Origin: Spirochaetia bacterium
Lineage (GTDB): Bacteria > Spirochaetota > Spirochaetia > UBA9216
Length of the DNA: 64,000 nt
Direction of reading: 5' to 3'
Assembly: GCA_963675665.1 (NCBI GenBank)
Contig: OY776510.1
Location: 4,096,001-4,160,000 of the forward strand
The notes below the pieces were generated by a model. It made no database searches, was not told where the DNA came from, and worked only from the letters and a program-made list of their open reading frames with translations. Positions 18,107 through 27,995 of the stretch are shown here, in pieces. The position numbers were made by a program, and so were the translations under genes. Position 1 is the first letter of the stretch; the number at the start of each line of letters is the position of its first letter.

Positions 18107-19053
18107 TACTTCTTCCCCCTTCCGAAAAGACCCAGCGCAAGAATTATAACCAGGCCTTTAACCATCATCTGGCTCTGTATCGGCAGATGTGCCAGAATAG
18201 CAAGGTTTGTTATCAACAGAAGGATGATTGAACCGATTACTGTTCCCTGGACAGAACCGGAACCACCGCCGATTGCGGCCCCGCCTAGAACCGCCGCTGC
18301 AATACTGTTTATATCATATTCATTTCCAGCCCAGTTATCAGCAATACCGGTATATCCCGAAAGGAACACGCCTGTTACCGCGGAAAGAGCTCCGCACAGA
18401 ATATAGGCTGTCATCACCACCTGGTCCCTTTTTATTCCGCTTAAAACCGCAACTTCCGGATTTGCACCGGTAACACGCAGACGTCTTCCGTAAGCGGATT
18501 TGGCGAGTAATATATAGAAGAAAACTGCGACGACTGCAAAAATAATTACGAGCCACGGCAGTCCCAGAAAATTTCCTGTACCTACTTCAATCAAAGCCCC
18601 GGCAACATTACCCTTGGGAATACCGCCTGTAGCAATAAGTCTCAGTCCGTTAACAATTATCGATACGCCGAGGGTTGCGATAAACGGGGGCACCTTTCGC
18701 TTGGTTACCAGCAGGCCGTTTACCGAGCCGATTACTGCACCGACAACTATTGTAAACAAAAGCACCGGAAAAACCAGCGCATCACGGCCGTTGATAAGCG
18801 ACGCCGCAAGAATATTACCGGTTGAAATAATGGCCACAACCGACAGATCAAGCCCGCCGGACATGATGACCATTGTCTGACCGAGGGCGACCAGACCCAG
18901 CATTGAAAAGTTTCGCGCAACATTAAGCATATTACTGATGGTAAAAAAACTGACGCCTGTAATTATCTGCATTACAAGCGCAGCAATAATCAATACAGCA
19001 AGAGCTGCCCATAATCCGGGCGCTATACTCCCCTGTTTAAATTTTCGAATCAT
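18106..19053 (-). CDS. Monosaccharide ABC transporter permease (RbsC-like)
   Basis: GGLDLSV, PPFIATL, AAVLGGAAIGGG; start refined to ATG overlapping upstream stop (ATGA). Confidence 0.94.
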   Translation of the reverse strand: MIRKFKQGSIAPGLWAALAVLIIAALVMQIITGVSFFTISNMLNVARNFSMLGLVALGQTMVIMSGGLDLSVVAIISTGNILAASLINGRDALVFPVLLFTIVVGAVIGSVNGLLVTKRKVPPFIATLGVSIIVNGLRLIATGGIPKGNVAGALIEVGTGNFLGLPWLVIIFAVVAVFFYILLAKSAYGRRLRVTGANPEVAVLSGIKRDQVVMTAYILCGALSAVTGVFLSGYTGIADNWAGNEYDINSIAAAVLGGAAIGGGSGSVQGTVIGSIILLLITNLAILAHLPIQSQMMVKGLVIILALGLFGRGKK

Positions 19054-20192
19054 TTGTATACCACACATTTGACATGTTTATTACTTAAAAGAAGGCCTCC
19101 GCACCCCAGGCATGCGGTACAGTAATTTACATCATCTTCTTTACCGGACATAACCTTGGAAGGAAGCAGCGGATCGGCAAACCCCTGCCGTCCCATTCCG
19201 ACAAAATCCACATTTCCGTCGGCAACATTTTTTTCAGCCCAGTATGTCCAGCGTCCTATTCCTGTTCCGCCGTCCGCGAGCAGACTGTATCCTGCTCCGA
19301 CTACCGGAATGCTGACCGCTTTTTTAACGGCAGCAGCCCAGCCGAAATGACGGTAAACACCATCAGGATACTTCGGTGTCGGGTGTATCAAATCCGCATT
19401 GCCTACGGCGCTTCCGGCCGACACACTGATAATGGAAATACCGGCCTTTTCAGCAAGCCTGCACATTTTTACGGGTTCCGACAGATCTTCAATTACCTCT
19501 TCGGGCCCGCCGCTTCCGAACCCTCCCGGGATGCTTTCATATGCAGGAATTCTCAATCCCATTATAAAGTCGGATCCGGCGGCTTTCTGTACCCCGGCGG
19601 CAAATTCCGTAATAAAAGCAGTCCTGTTTTCGAAACTGCCTCCGTATTTTCCACTTCTGTTATTCAGAGGCTGAATAAAATCCGTTCCGAGAAAACCGTG
19701 GCAAATCTTGATTTCGACTCCGTCAAAACCGGCTTTTTCCGCCGCGAGGCTTGAATCAATAAAAGCCTGTATAACATCTTCAATCTGCCTGTCGGACAAA
19801 ACAGGAACACCTGCGCCGGGACGTTCATAAACGGCCGCCGGCTTTGAAAATGCGGGATCAGCAAGAGCTCCTGCGTGGTCCAGCTGAATAATAAATACCG
19901 CATCAGGATTTACATCCTTAACCGCCTTTACCAGCGGAATAAATTTCTCCCAGTTGTCGGGGGTCAGAACAAGCTGATTCAATCTTGCCCGCGCATCCGC
20001 ACCGATTGCAGTTGCCTCGCAATAAATAAGCCCGGCCCCGCCTTCAGCCATTTTTCTATACCGTTTTAAGGTATCTTCGGATGGAACCCCTCCCCCGGCA
20101 GCGCAATTACTCTCTGTCGGTAACACTGCAAATCGGTTTGGCGCTGTCTTTCCGTTGATTGTAATTTCTTTCTTTAAAAACTCTACACTCAC
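19050..20192 (-). CDS. NADH:flavin oxidoreductase, Old Yellow Enzyme family
   Basis: PNRFAVLP, GGAGLI, QLDHAG, AGFDGVEIKICHGFL, YGGSFENR, MGRQGFADP, C-terminal CxxCxxC...C. Confidence 0.92.
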   Translation of the reverse strand: MSVEFLKKEITINGKTAPNRFAVLPTESNCAAGGGVPSEDTLKRYRKMAEGGAGLIYCEATAIGADARARLNQLVLTPDNWEKFIPLVKAVKDVNPDAVFIIQLDHAGALADPAFSKPAAVYERPGAGVPVLSDRQIEDVIQAFIDSSLAAEKAGFDGVEIKICHGFLGTDFIQPLNNRSGKYGGSFENRTAFITEFAAGVQKAAGSDFIMGLRIPAYESIPGGFGSGGPEEVIEDLSEPVKMCRLAEKAGISIISVSAGSAVGNADLIHPTPKYPDGVYRHFGWAAAVKKAVSIPVVGAGYSLLADGGTGIGRWTYWAEKNVADGNVDFVGMGRQGFADPLLPSKVMSGKEDDVNYCTACLGCGGLLLSNKHVKCVVYK

Positions 20193-20233
20193 AGCTTATA
20201 CTCCTGTCCCGGAATTGAAAAAAATTAAAATTT

Positions 20234-20265
20234 TGGAGTTTTCCGAACAATGCCGGAAAACTCCA
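20234..20265 (-). terminator. Stem-loop after solute-binding protein gene (stabiliser or partial terminator)
   Basis: TGGAGTTTTCCG / CGGAAAACTCCA 12-bp perfect inverted repeat. Confidence 0.7.
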
Positions 20266-20293
20266 CCGTTTAATTCAAACCGGAAATTTAATA

Positions 20294-21301
20294 TTAAAGT
20301 TCAGGCAGGAACTCTTCCGGCATCTGGTCGTCTCCAACCCACCACCAGTCGGAAAGTTCGGGTTTTACAAATTTCTTGATTTCTTCAGGTCCCATTCCCT
20401 TGAATGATGTAGCTACAGTTTTATCAACAGCTTCACCCTTCATGGCCTTAAGCAGAACTTTTACTGCTTCAGCCGAGAGTCTGGTTGACATCGGGTAAAG
20501 ATATGCCGGAACATTCTTTTCACTGACATATTTTGCATAACCGTTAAGCTGATCTCCTGTAGAAGGAACCAGGGGTCTTCCGGCTTCTTCGAAAGCCTGA
20601 AGCGCCGGCCATGACATTAAACCTGAATCGGCCCAGATACCGTCGATTTCAGGGAATGCGTTCAGCATGGCTTCTACAATGGTTTTGGTTTTTGCTGATG
20701 ACCAGTCACAATACTGGTGATCAAGAATTTCAATTCCGGGATTTTCTGCGAATACTTCTCTTGCCCCTGCAAGCCTTTCTTCGGCAGTTGTGTTTCCGGC
20801 AATTCCGCTGAGCATTATAATCTTGCCCTTTCCGCCAAGCTCGTCGGCAAGCCATTTAGCCTGGGAACGGCCGAATTCGTAGAGGTCCTGTGTTACAAGA
20901 CTTGTAAGATTATCCGTATTTATGCTTCCGCCGAATACAACAACAGGAACACCTGCTTCATATGCACGTTCGATAGCCGGGATAATCGCATCGCCGACTG
21001 TAGGATAGACTATAAGGCCGTCAACTCCCTTTGCAAGCAGATCATCAATGTCGGAAATCTGTTTTTCAGGTCTTTCATTGGCATCGGAAATATAATATTT
21101 TACAATTTCCGGATGAGCAGAAACTTCGGCTTCAAAATTAGCCTTGAGAAACTGTCTCCAGGAATCTCCCATTCCTGCATTACTCCAGCCTACAATAAAT
21201 TCATCCTTTGCTCCTGCATCCTGCTGACCTGCAGCAAAACCGCTGACAACTGCACTTGCCAGAAGAACTACGATCAGTATAAAAGATACTCTTCTTTTCA
21301 T
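20294..21301 (-). CDS. Sugar ABC transporter substrate-binding protein (RbsB-like)
   Basis: Signal peptide ending FAAGQQD; QISDIDDLLAKGVDG, GIAGNTTAEER; SD AGGAGA. Confidence 0.93.
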   Translation of the reverse strand: MKRRVSFILIVVLLASAVVSGFAAGQQDAGAKDEFIVGWSNAGMGDSWRQFLKANFEAEVSAHPEIVKYYISDANERPEKQISDIDDLLAKGVDGLIVYPTVGDAIIPAIERAYEAGVPVVVFGGSINTDNLTSLVTQDLYEFGRSQAKWLADELGGKGKIIMLSGIAGNTTAEERLAGAREVFAENPGIEILDHQYCDWSSAKTKTIVEAMLNAFPEIDGIWADSGLMSWPALQAFEEAGRPLVPSTGDQLNGYAKYVSEKNVPAYLYPMSTRLSAEAVKVLLKAMKGEAVDKTVATSFKGMGPEEIKKFVKPELSDWWWVGDDQMPEEFLPEL

Positions 21302-21367
21302 TTGCAATTTTCTCCTTTCATTTATTTGTGTTTAATGTTATTTTAATATTGAGATTTCAAATCTGTA

Positions 21368-21396
21368 TATGGACGAAATTGATCCGTGTTATGGAC
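21368..21396. promoter_or_regulatory. Direct repeat TATGGAC x2, putative AraC-type response regulator site
   Basis: Repeats at 21368-21374 and 21390-21396 (22-bp period), adjacent to the -35 position of a TAAAAT -10 (21345-21340) for the binding-protein gene. Confidence 0.5.
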
Positions 21397-21427
21397 ATTT
21401 CCAACTTTTACGGAAAATTGATGTAAT

Positions 21428-23236
21428 ATGAGACGACAAACAGTACAAAAAACTCTCTTCTTCTCTTATTTCATTCCTATCCTGATCACCATCATCATTC
21501 TTTCATTATTGTTCTTTACCTATACATCGGGAGTACTTCGCAACTCTGAAGAAAAAAATCTTGCCGATGTCACCGACAAGCTGGTGAGCCTGATTGATTC
21601 CCAGATATCAAGAATAAACAATCTGTCGCTGAACATTACCAATTCTGCTCTGCTGAAAGAACAGATAAGAAAATACAACCGTTTAATGGAAGAAGGATAC
21701 CCTCCGGAAAGCCGCGAAATCTACATAGTTGCACGTGATATCTCAAACATTCTTTCGATGATAGCGGGCCCCATCAAGGCGGTTCCTCAAATTAACTTTA
21801 TAGGTCCGGGGGAATTAATGATAGGAACCGGAACCTATAACCTTATTGCGGATCTTCCGCCTGAAACCGCCGAAGCCCTTGAAGGAATAGATACAAACTT
21901 CGGAAAACGTCATTTCAGTAAACCCCTGCGTGATCCGCACGCGGAAAAAGCGCTGCCCCTTTATAAAAACCAGAGATATGTTTCGCTGTTCAGAACAATT
22001 TTTGATGATTACAAGAATGAAGCTATCGGAATTATCGAAGTAAAACAGTTTGAAGAAACCATTTTTTATGGATTTTCAAAAACACCCCAGAATTTTATTG
22101 TATTCGACGGTGATTACAATAAACTCTATCCTTATACCAATAACTCGGCCCGGCCTTATTCCGAAATGCTGAAAGCACAACCTTCCGAGGGAATCATATC
22201 TTTCCGGAATTCGGAATCCGGGGCAAAAGAAATTCTGTCAATTGTTAAATGCCGTGAAATTAATTGGACGATAATAAACATTGCCCAGGAAGCCAGTCTG
22301 CTTCGTCCGGTTTACAAGTTCCTGCTGATCATATTAATCAGCGGAATAGTAATGTTTTTCATAAGCATATCAGTGGCAAGAAGGCTTTCAAGCCTGATAA
22401 CCCAGTCTCTGCAGCAGCTGAACGGCTGGATCAGTAACCTTCACTGGAACAACCTGTCTGCCGAAACTCCGGCTGATTTAAAAGTACTCTCGCCGCTGGC
22501 CGAATTTGAGGAAATTCATCGTGAATTCTGGAAGATGAACAAGAAGCTTGCCGAGTCCATGAAGCTTGTTGTCCAGGAGCGAAGTCTTCAGGAAAATGCA
22601 AGAATGCTTGCGCTTCAGGCGCAGATGGATCCCCATTTCATGTACAACATGCTGACGACAATCAGCATAATGGCTGAAGACGGAGAAACCGACAATATTG
22701 TGGAAACCATCAGCCGCCTGACCTCGATTATTCGCTATACGGCTTCAAGAAGCAGGCTGAGCGTTCATCTGGAAGAAGAGATTGAGATTACGCGGAATTA
22801 TCTTGAATGCATGAAGATCCGCTTCGGAGACGACCTCCTGTTCGATATTGATACAGACAGCAGTCTTTGCAAATTGACGGTGCCGAAGCTTATAATACTT
22901 CCTTTTGTCGAGAACAGCATAAAATATGCAACCTGCAGGGAGCCGCCCTGGAAAATCAGTATAAGGGTTTCCGAAAGAAACAAACGCTGGAAAATACTGA
23001 TTACTGATTCGGGAACCGGGTTCAGTGACGAAGCCTTCGATAAAATAAACGAAATGATTTCTCATTGCGATGAGAACGCTCAAAACCAGCTGAACTTTCA
23101 TTTCGGAGGGCTCGGCATTCCCAATATTTACTCGAGACTTAAAATTTATTTTAATGATGACATTGAGTTCAGAATGTATAATAGCAGCGGAGCATGTATT
23201 CTTATTGGAGGGCCGATTGAACAACCAGCCGTTTAA
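21428..23236 (+). CDS. Two-component sensor histidine kinase, YesM/LytS type
   Basis: Two TM segments, LQAQMDPHFMYNML, PFVENSIKY, DSGTG, GLGIPN. Confidence 0.94.
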   Translation: MRRQTVQKTLFFSYFIPILITIIILSLLFFTYTSGVLRNSEEKNLADVTDKLVSLIDSQISRINNLSLNITNSALLKEQIRKYNRLMEEGYPPESREIYIVARDISNILSMIAGPIKAVPQINFIGPGELMIGTGTYNLIADLPPETAEALEGIDTNFGKRHFSKPLRDPHAEKALPLYKNQRYVSLFRTIFDDYKNEAIGIIEVKQFEETIFYGFSKTPQNFIVFDGDYNKLYPYTNNSARPYSEMLKAQPSEGIISFRNSESGAKEILSIVKCREINWTIINIAQEASLLRPVYKFLLIILISGIVMFFISISVARRLSSLITQSLQQLNGWISNLHWNNLSAETPADLKVLSPLAEFEEIHREFWKMNKKLAESMKLVVQERSLQENARMLALQAQMDPHFMYNMLTTISIMAEDGETDNIVETISRLTSIIRYTASRSRLSVHLEEEIEITRNYLECMKIRFGDDLLFDIDTDSSLCKLTVPKLIILPFVENSIKYATCREPPWKISIRVSERNKRWKILITDSGTGFSDEAFDKINEMISHCDENAQNQLNFHFGGLGIPNIYSRLKIYFNDDIEFRMYNSSGACILIGGPIEQPAV

Positions 23237-23972
23237 AGTGGTAATTGCTGAAGATGAACACCGGATACGGGAACACCTTGAGAAAAAAATCCCTGAAACA
23301 AACAGGCGCTTTATTATCGCCGGCGCGGCGGCAAACGGAAAAACAGCGCTTGAACTTGTAAAAAAAACACTGCCTGATTTGCTTGTCACTGATATCAAAA
23401 TGCCGGTTATGGACGGCCTTGAACTTATTGAAGAGCTTTACCTTTCCTATCCTGAACTGCCCGTAATTATCCTCAGCGGTTATGATGATTTCAATTATGC
23501 CAGAAAGGCTATTCACTTCGGAGTCAGGGATTATATTCTCAAGCCTGCTTCAAAAAAGGAACTTTCTGAGGTTCTGGGCAAACTTGAAATTTTACTTGAT
23601 CGTAACAGGAACTTTTCAGCAGGTTCGGAGATCGGATATGATTCTTCAGCAGCAGCAACCGAATTATGCGGCAAACTTGCTGAATACCTGAAATCTCATT
23701 ATACCAGGGAAATACTGATATCGGATCTTGCCGGTACATTCAACCTGAATCCGACTTACATGAGCCGCATTTTCAAACAGCAGACGGGGCGCACTCCAAC
23801 GCGTTACCTTACCGAACTGCGCATCAATAAAGCAAAGAAAATCCTGTCGGAGAACCCCGAACTCGAAATAAAGGAAATATCTTCAAGGATCGGTTTCCAG
23901 GACCAGGGATATTTCAGCCGGCTGTTTAAAAAGGAAACCGGAATAAGCCCGATAGATTATAAAAAGAAATAG
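23217..23972 (+). CDS. Response regulator, receiver + AraC HTH (YesN type)
   Basis: AEDE, TDIKMPVMDG, LSGYDDF, LKP, YFSRLFKKETG; TTG start after GGAGGG. Confidence 0.94.
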   Translation: MNNQPFKVVIAEDEHRIREHLEKKIPETNRRFIIAGAAANGKTALELVKKTLPDLLVTDIKMPVMDGLELIEELYLSYPELPVIILSGYDDFNYARKAIHFGVRDYILKPASKKELSEVLGKLEILLDRNRNFSAGSEIGYDSSAAATELCGKLAEYLKSHYTREILISDLAGTFNLNPTYMSRIFKQQTGRTPTRYLTELRINKAKKILSENPELEIKEISSRIGFQDQGYFSRLFKKETGISPIDYKKK

Positions 23973-23993
23973 GCGGCTGCAGATGCCGGCCTT

Positions 23994-24965
23994 TTAGCTT
24001 CTCCGGTTGTTTTTAATAAATTCCTCAACTTCACCCATATCGGGCATGGAATTAATTGCGCCCTTGCGGCTTGAAACAATTGCTCCGCACGCATTTGAAA
24101 AACGCAGAAGTTCTCCTGCATAATCCTTGCTGATATCATCTGCCTTTTTCCCGTCTCTCATCAGTTTGCCCACAAATCCGCCCAGAAACGCATCGCCGGC
24201 GCCGGTTGTGTCGATCGCTTCAACCTTGAAGCCGCCCGCTGATAACCCGAACTCGGGAGTAAAAAGTTTGGCACCGTTTTTTCCCATTGTATAGATGAAG
24301 ATCCTGATGCCTTTATCAAACAGAAACTTTGCGGCTTCATTCTCATCAGCCGTTCCTGTAATAAATTCAAGTTCCTCATCGCTGATTTTGATTACATCGG
24401 CATATTCCATAAACTCCAGACAGGTTGCCTTAAGGGCCTTACGATCGGGCCATAACGGAAAACGGAGATTGGGATCAAAAACAATCAGGCCGCCTTTGCT
24501 TTTTACAATTTCGATTACCCGTTTGTGTGCATACCTGACGGGAGACTCGGGAAGACTGACTGTACAGAACTGCATTATATCGCCGGACTGAAACCAGTTT
24601 TCATCAATTTCATCAGCTTCAAGTAAAAGATCGGCGCTTGGTTTCCTGTAAAATGAAAACTCGCGGTTGCCGTCGCTTTTAAGCGATACAAAAGCAAGAC
24701 AGGTATTGGCTTTATCCGTCTGGCTGATATATGAAGTGTTGATGCCTACTGCTTTCATTGTATCAAGAAGGTATTCCCCGAACGCATCGTCCCCCAGTTT
24801 CCCGATAAAATAAGCTTTATTGCCCAGCTTTGCCACGCAGGCTGCAACATTGGCCGGAGCTCCCCCCGGTTTTTTTATAAACCCGGATACGTTTTTTAAA
24901 TCCGTATCCAAATCCATCGGGATAAAATCTATCAGAGCTTCACCCATGCTGAAAAATCTGGCCAT
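23994..24965 (-). CDS. PfkB-family carbohydrate kinase (fructokinase-like)
   Basis: GEALID, GGAPANVA, FDPNLR, DTTGAGDAF. Confidence 0.95.
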   Translation of the reverse strand: MARFFSMGEALIDFIPMDLDTDLKNVSGFIKKPGGAPANVAACVAKLGNKAYFIGKLGDDAFGEYLLDTMKAVGINTSYISQTDKANTCLAFVSLKSDGNREFSFYRKPSADLLLEADEIDENWFQSGDIMQFCTVSLPESPVRYAHKRVIEIVKSKGGLIVFDPNLRFPLWPDRKALKATCLEFMEYADVIKISDEELEFITGTADENEAAKFLFDKGIRIFIYTMGKNGAKLFTPEFGLSAGGFKVEAIDTTGAGDAFLGGFVGKLMRDGKKADDISKDYAGELLRFSNACGAIVSSRKGAINSMPDMGEVEEFIKNNRRS

Positions 24966-25018
24966 AAGAACACTCCTGCTTAATTCATTGTAGAGATACT
25001 CATTATAAACAAGATTAT

Positions 25019-25882
25019 TTAATTTGGGAACAGAAGTTCTTCCGCATTCCGGTAAAGGATGCTCTCAATCTGTTCACGGCTTAATTCCGATTCTTCAAGC
25101 TCCTGAAGATACCGGTCCGCATTAAGAAGCGGGAAATCGGTGCCGAACAGTATTTTCCCGGCCCCGACCAGGTTTACCGCCGTTTTCCAGATCGACTTGT
25201 CATAAAGATACGGAGAGGCTGCGCTGTCGTACCAGACATTACCAAGAACCTGCTTTGCTTCTTTTTTCAATGTGTTGAAAAAGAACAAGCCGCCGCCCCA
25301 GTGCGCAAGAATTATCCTGTTGTCCGGGTATGTTTTAACAAAATCATAGATTCCTTTTATGGACATCGGAGCTTTTCCGCTGTAACTGTGGCCGACGGGT
25401 TCGTTTACATGCATAAGAACAGGCTTGTTCCGTTCCCTGCAGACAGCCATAACGGCAGCCATGGCTTCGATATATTCATGGTCCATATCACGATCGTAAA
25501 GCCCGACCTCACCTATCCCTGAAGCTCCCGCATCAAAACATCTTTCGGCTTCTTTTCCTGCGGCGTTGTTGCGGGCGAACGGGTATATGCAGGTAAATCC
25601 GTACAGCCTTCCGTTGCTTGCTGCCGAATCGGTTAAAATCATGTCGTTATGCTCACGCAGCAGTTTTTCATTCCTCCAGGCAAAACCGAGGATTACCGAT
25701 GCATCAACTCCGCAATCATCCATCTGCCTGATTACATCAGCGCTGCCCGACAACCTGTATTCAGGATTGTCATAAAGAATTCTGAAATCAGGTTCTGTTT
25801 CCAAAAAAGGCCGGCGATCGGTAACGACCCCGGCCGGCTGTACATGCGAATGGAAATCTATAATCTTTCCGTTATAATCCAA
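25019..25882 (-). CDS. Amidohydrolase family protein (Amidohydro_2-like)
   Basis: IDFHSH, GIGE, LMHVNEP, ILAHWGGG, LFGTDFP. Confidence 0.9.
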   Translation of the reverse strand: MDYNGKIIDFHSHVQPAGVVTDRRPFLETEPDFRILYDNPEYRLSGSADVIRQMDDCGVDASVILGFAWRNEKLLREHNDMILTDSAASNGRLYGFTCIYPFARNNAAGKEAERCFDAGASGIGEVGLYDRDMDHEYIEAMAAVMAVCRERNKPVLMHVNEPVGHSYSGKAPMSIKGIYDFVKTYPDNRIILAHWGGGLFFFNTLKKEAKQVLGNVWYDSAASPYLYDKSIWKTAVNLVGAGKILFGTDFPLLNADRYLQELEESELSREQIESILYRNAEELLFPN

Positions 25883-25897
25883 AGCCTGTTCCGTTTG

Positions 25898-26425
25898 TTA
25901 CCAGGCAAGCCGCTTGACCGGCGGATATGCCTTTCTGACAGCCCTGGATAATACAAAGCCGCCTGCTACACCTACCGCGCTCTGAAGAATATTCATTGGA
26001 ACTTCCACCGCAGCAGCGCCGAATCCTACCATGAAAGCGCCGCCCAACAGATAAAGGCCGACCATAACAATCATTCCGGCAAAACCTGCTGCGGGTTCGG
26101 CAAACTTCCTGGTCGAAAGCGCCTTTATAATAAGTGCGGCGACAAACCCCTGAAGGCCGTGAGCCGCAAAGGTTATCGGAGCCCATTGTGAATAACCTGC
26201 AACAATATCGGCAATTGCCGGGCCCAAACCGCCTGAAATTAAAGCCGTAAAAGGTCCGAAAGTAAATGCTGTAAAAAACACCGCTACATCGCCCAGGTTG
26301 ATATACCCGCGCGTCGGCGCAACCGGAATTCTCACTACATAGGTAAAAACCATTGTAACCGCTGTCATGATTGCGATTGCCGCAATACGCCCTGAAATAT
26401 TCTTTCTCTCCATATTGTCACTCAT
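25898..26425 (-). CDS. ECF transporter S component
   Basis: RIPVAPTRGYINLGD, GGLGPAIAD, WAPIT; hydrophobic throughout. Confidence 0.92.
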   Translation of the reverse strand: MSDNMERKNISGRIAAIAIMTAVTMVFTYVVRIPVAPTRGYINLGDVAVFFTAFTFGPFTALISGGLGPAIADIVAGYSQWAPITFAAHGLQGFVAALIIKALSTRKFAEPAAGFAGMIVMVGLYLLGGAFMVGFGAAAVEVPMNILQSAVGVAGGFVLSRAVRKAYPPVKRLAW

Positions 26426-26493
26426 AAGGTTATCTTACCAGAATCATTAAAAGGGTACAATCAAGGCGAATAACAGTATTATTATATTTGTTA

Positions 26494-27213
26494 CTATTTG
26501 ACTATTCCGAAGGTCATGGGCGTCCATAAACCCGTAGCCTGGCCGGAAGCTTTCAATACCCGATTCACCCAGTTGTTACTGGTAAAAAAAAGGGAATATT
26601 TGCCGCGCGATTCATAAAACCGGTAACCCTTATAGGAAGGGTGAGCCAGACTTTCGGGAATTTTTCTTATGCCGCCCGGGACTGAAGAACTCATTTTGCC
26701 GGAATAAAACCATCCGGCAATATAATCAGCGGCGGCAGCGGCAGCTTTCCCGGATACCGGCACTGCGGTAACCGATGCGCGGCCAAGCGGAGTACGTTCG
26801 GAATACTGAACGGCAAGTACCGATCGGCTCGGCAGGAAAAGGGCCTTTAAAAGGATACCGGGCCTGACATCGGCGGCATATGGAGTATTTAAAAAGAAAT
26901 CCCGGTCGCCCCAGCCGAAACCGTACCAGCCGCCGGATAACGGATTATCATCAATATCGAGAAAACCGCAGTATTGCGTCGGAAGCCAGACATCAAAGTG
27001 CCGGCCGTTATCATCAAGGAAAATAAATGTGTCCGCATCTTTTTCATGAATACCGGCGGATACGGTCTGCTGCGGGGTTACGGTAATTATTCCTCCGAAA
27101 AAAACGGCGCAAAAATACAGCAGAATGAATCCGCAGAAAAGAGCGCCGGCTGTAACCGCCGCGCGCCTCAACCTGCCCGGCCTTTTTTTACCGGAGGATT
27201 TTTTAATTCTCAC
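26494..27213 (-). CDS. DUF2459-like membrane-anchored protein
   Basis: NGRHFDVWLP, FGWGDRDFFLNTP, FYESRGKYSLFFTSNNWVN, GLWTP; GTG start overlapping EcfT stop. Confidence 0.75.
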   Translation of the reverse strand: MRIKKSSGKKRPGRLRRAAVTAGALFCGFILLYFCAVFFGGIITVTPQQTVSAGIHEKDADTFIFLDDNGRHFDVWLPTQYCGFLDIDDNPLSGGWYGFGWGDRDFFLNTPYAADVRPGILLKALFLPSRSVLAVQYSERTPLGRASVTAVPVSGKAAAAAADYIAGWFYSGKMSSSVPGGIRKIPESLAHPSYKGYRFYESRGKYSLFFTSNNWVNRVLKASGQATGLWTPMTFGIVK

Positions 27214-27995
27214 AGCAGAACCGAAACAGCTGTTGCAAGTCCCATTATCAGGGTTGCTGCAATTAACTGTAGAATAATCGATTTCCATGGACGGAGCTTT
27301 CGGCATGATGTGCGCGGATTGCTGCGCCCCAGCCCCTTTGAGTCAAGGGCCATCGCAAGAGCCGGTATGCTTTTTACCGCATGAATCAGAACCGAGACAA
27401 GAACAGGGAACATATTGTTCAAACGGTGTCTGAACCCATGCCTGCGTCCCGCTTCCCGTTCTTCAAAACCCGCACGGCGTAGTTTATGTGCATCGGAAAT
27501 TCTGCCGTATGTACTGAACATATCCGGAATATAACGCAGCGATATTGTTACAGTAAGAGCAGCACGGTACGGCAGCCCGAACGCGCGCAATGCAAGAATA
27601 AAGGGGCCGGTTTCGGTTGTACTGAAAAAAAGGTAAAAACCCGCGGTTATTCCCGTAAAACGAATAATAAGCGCGGCCGTAAGCAGCAGGCCCCGGTCGG
27701 TAAGAATCCTTCTCTGCCCGATTTCCAGCAGAACAGCTCCGTCGGTATTAAAAGGGGGCGTCAGCAATGCAGTAAGGACCAGAATCGGAAGGATTGACTT
27801 TACAGGCGTTAGAACTCTCCGCGGCCCAAGACTCAAACCCACCCAAAAAAGAATAAAAATCAGCATGGCTCCCTGTACTGCAAGCGTGCTTTCGGCCAGA
27901 AACAGCACGACAAAACAAACAAGCATGATAAATTTGGGCCTCGGGTCCAGAGAATACACAGGCCCGCTGCCGTGAATAAACGTCTCAGTTATCAT
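27210..27995 (-). CDS. ECF transporter T component (CbiQ/EcfT)
   Basis: LDPRPK, ISLRYIP, AHKLRR, ALDSKG motifs. Confidence 0.92.
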   Translation of the reverse strand: MITETFIHGSGPVYSLDPRPKFIMLVCFVVLFLAESTLAVQGAMLIFILFWVGLSLGPRRVLTPVKSILPILVLTALLTPPFNTDGAVLLEIGQRRILTDRGLLLTAALIIRFTGITAGFYLFFSTTETGPFILALRAFGLPYRAALTVTISLRYIPDMFSTYGRISDAHKLRRAGFEEREAGRRHGFRHRLNNMFPVLVSVLIHAVKSIPALAMALDSKGLGRSNPRTSCRKLRPWKSIILQLIAATLIMGLATAVSVLL

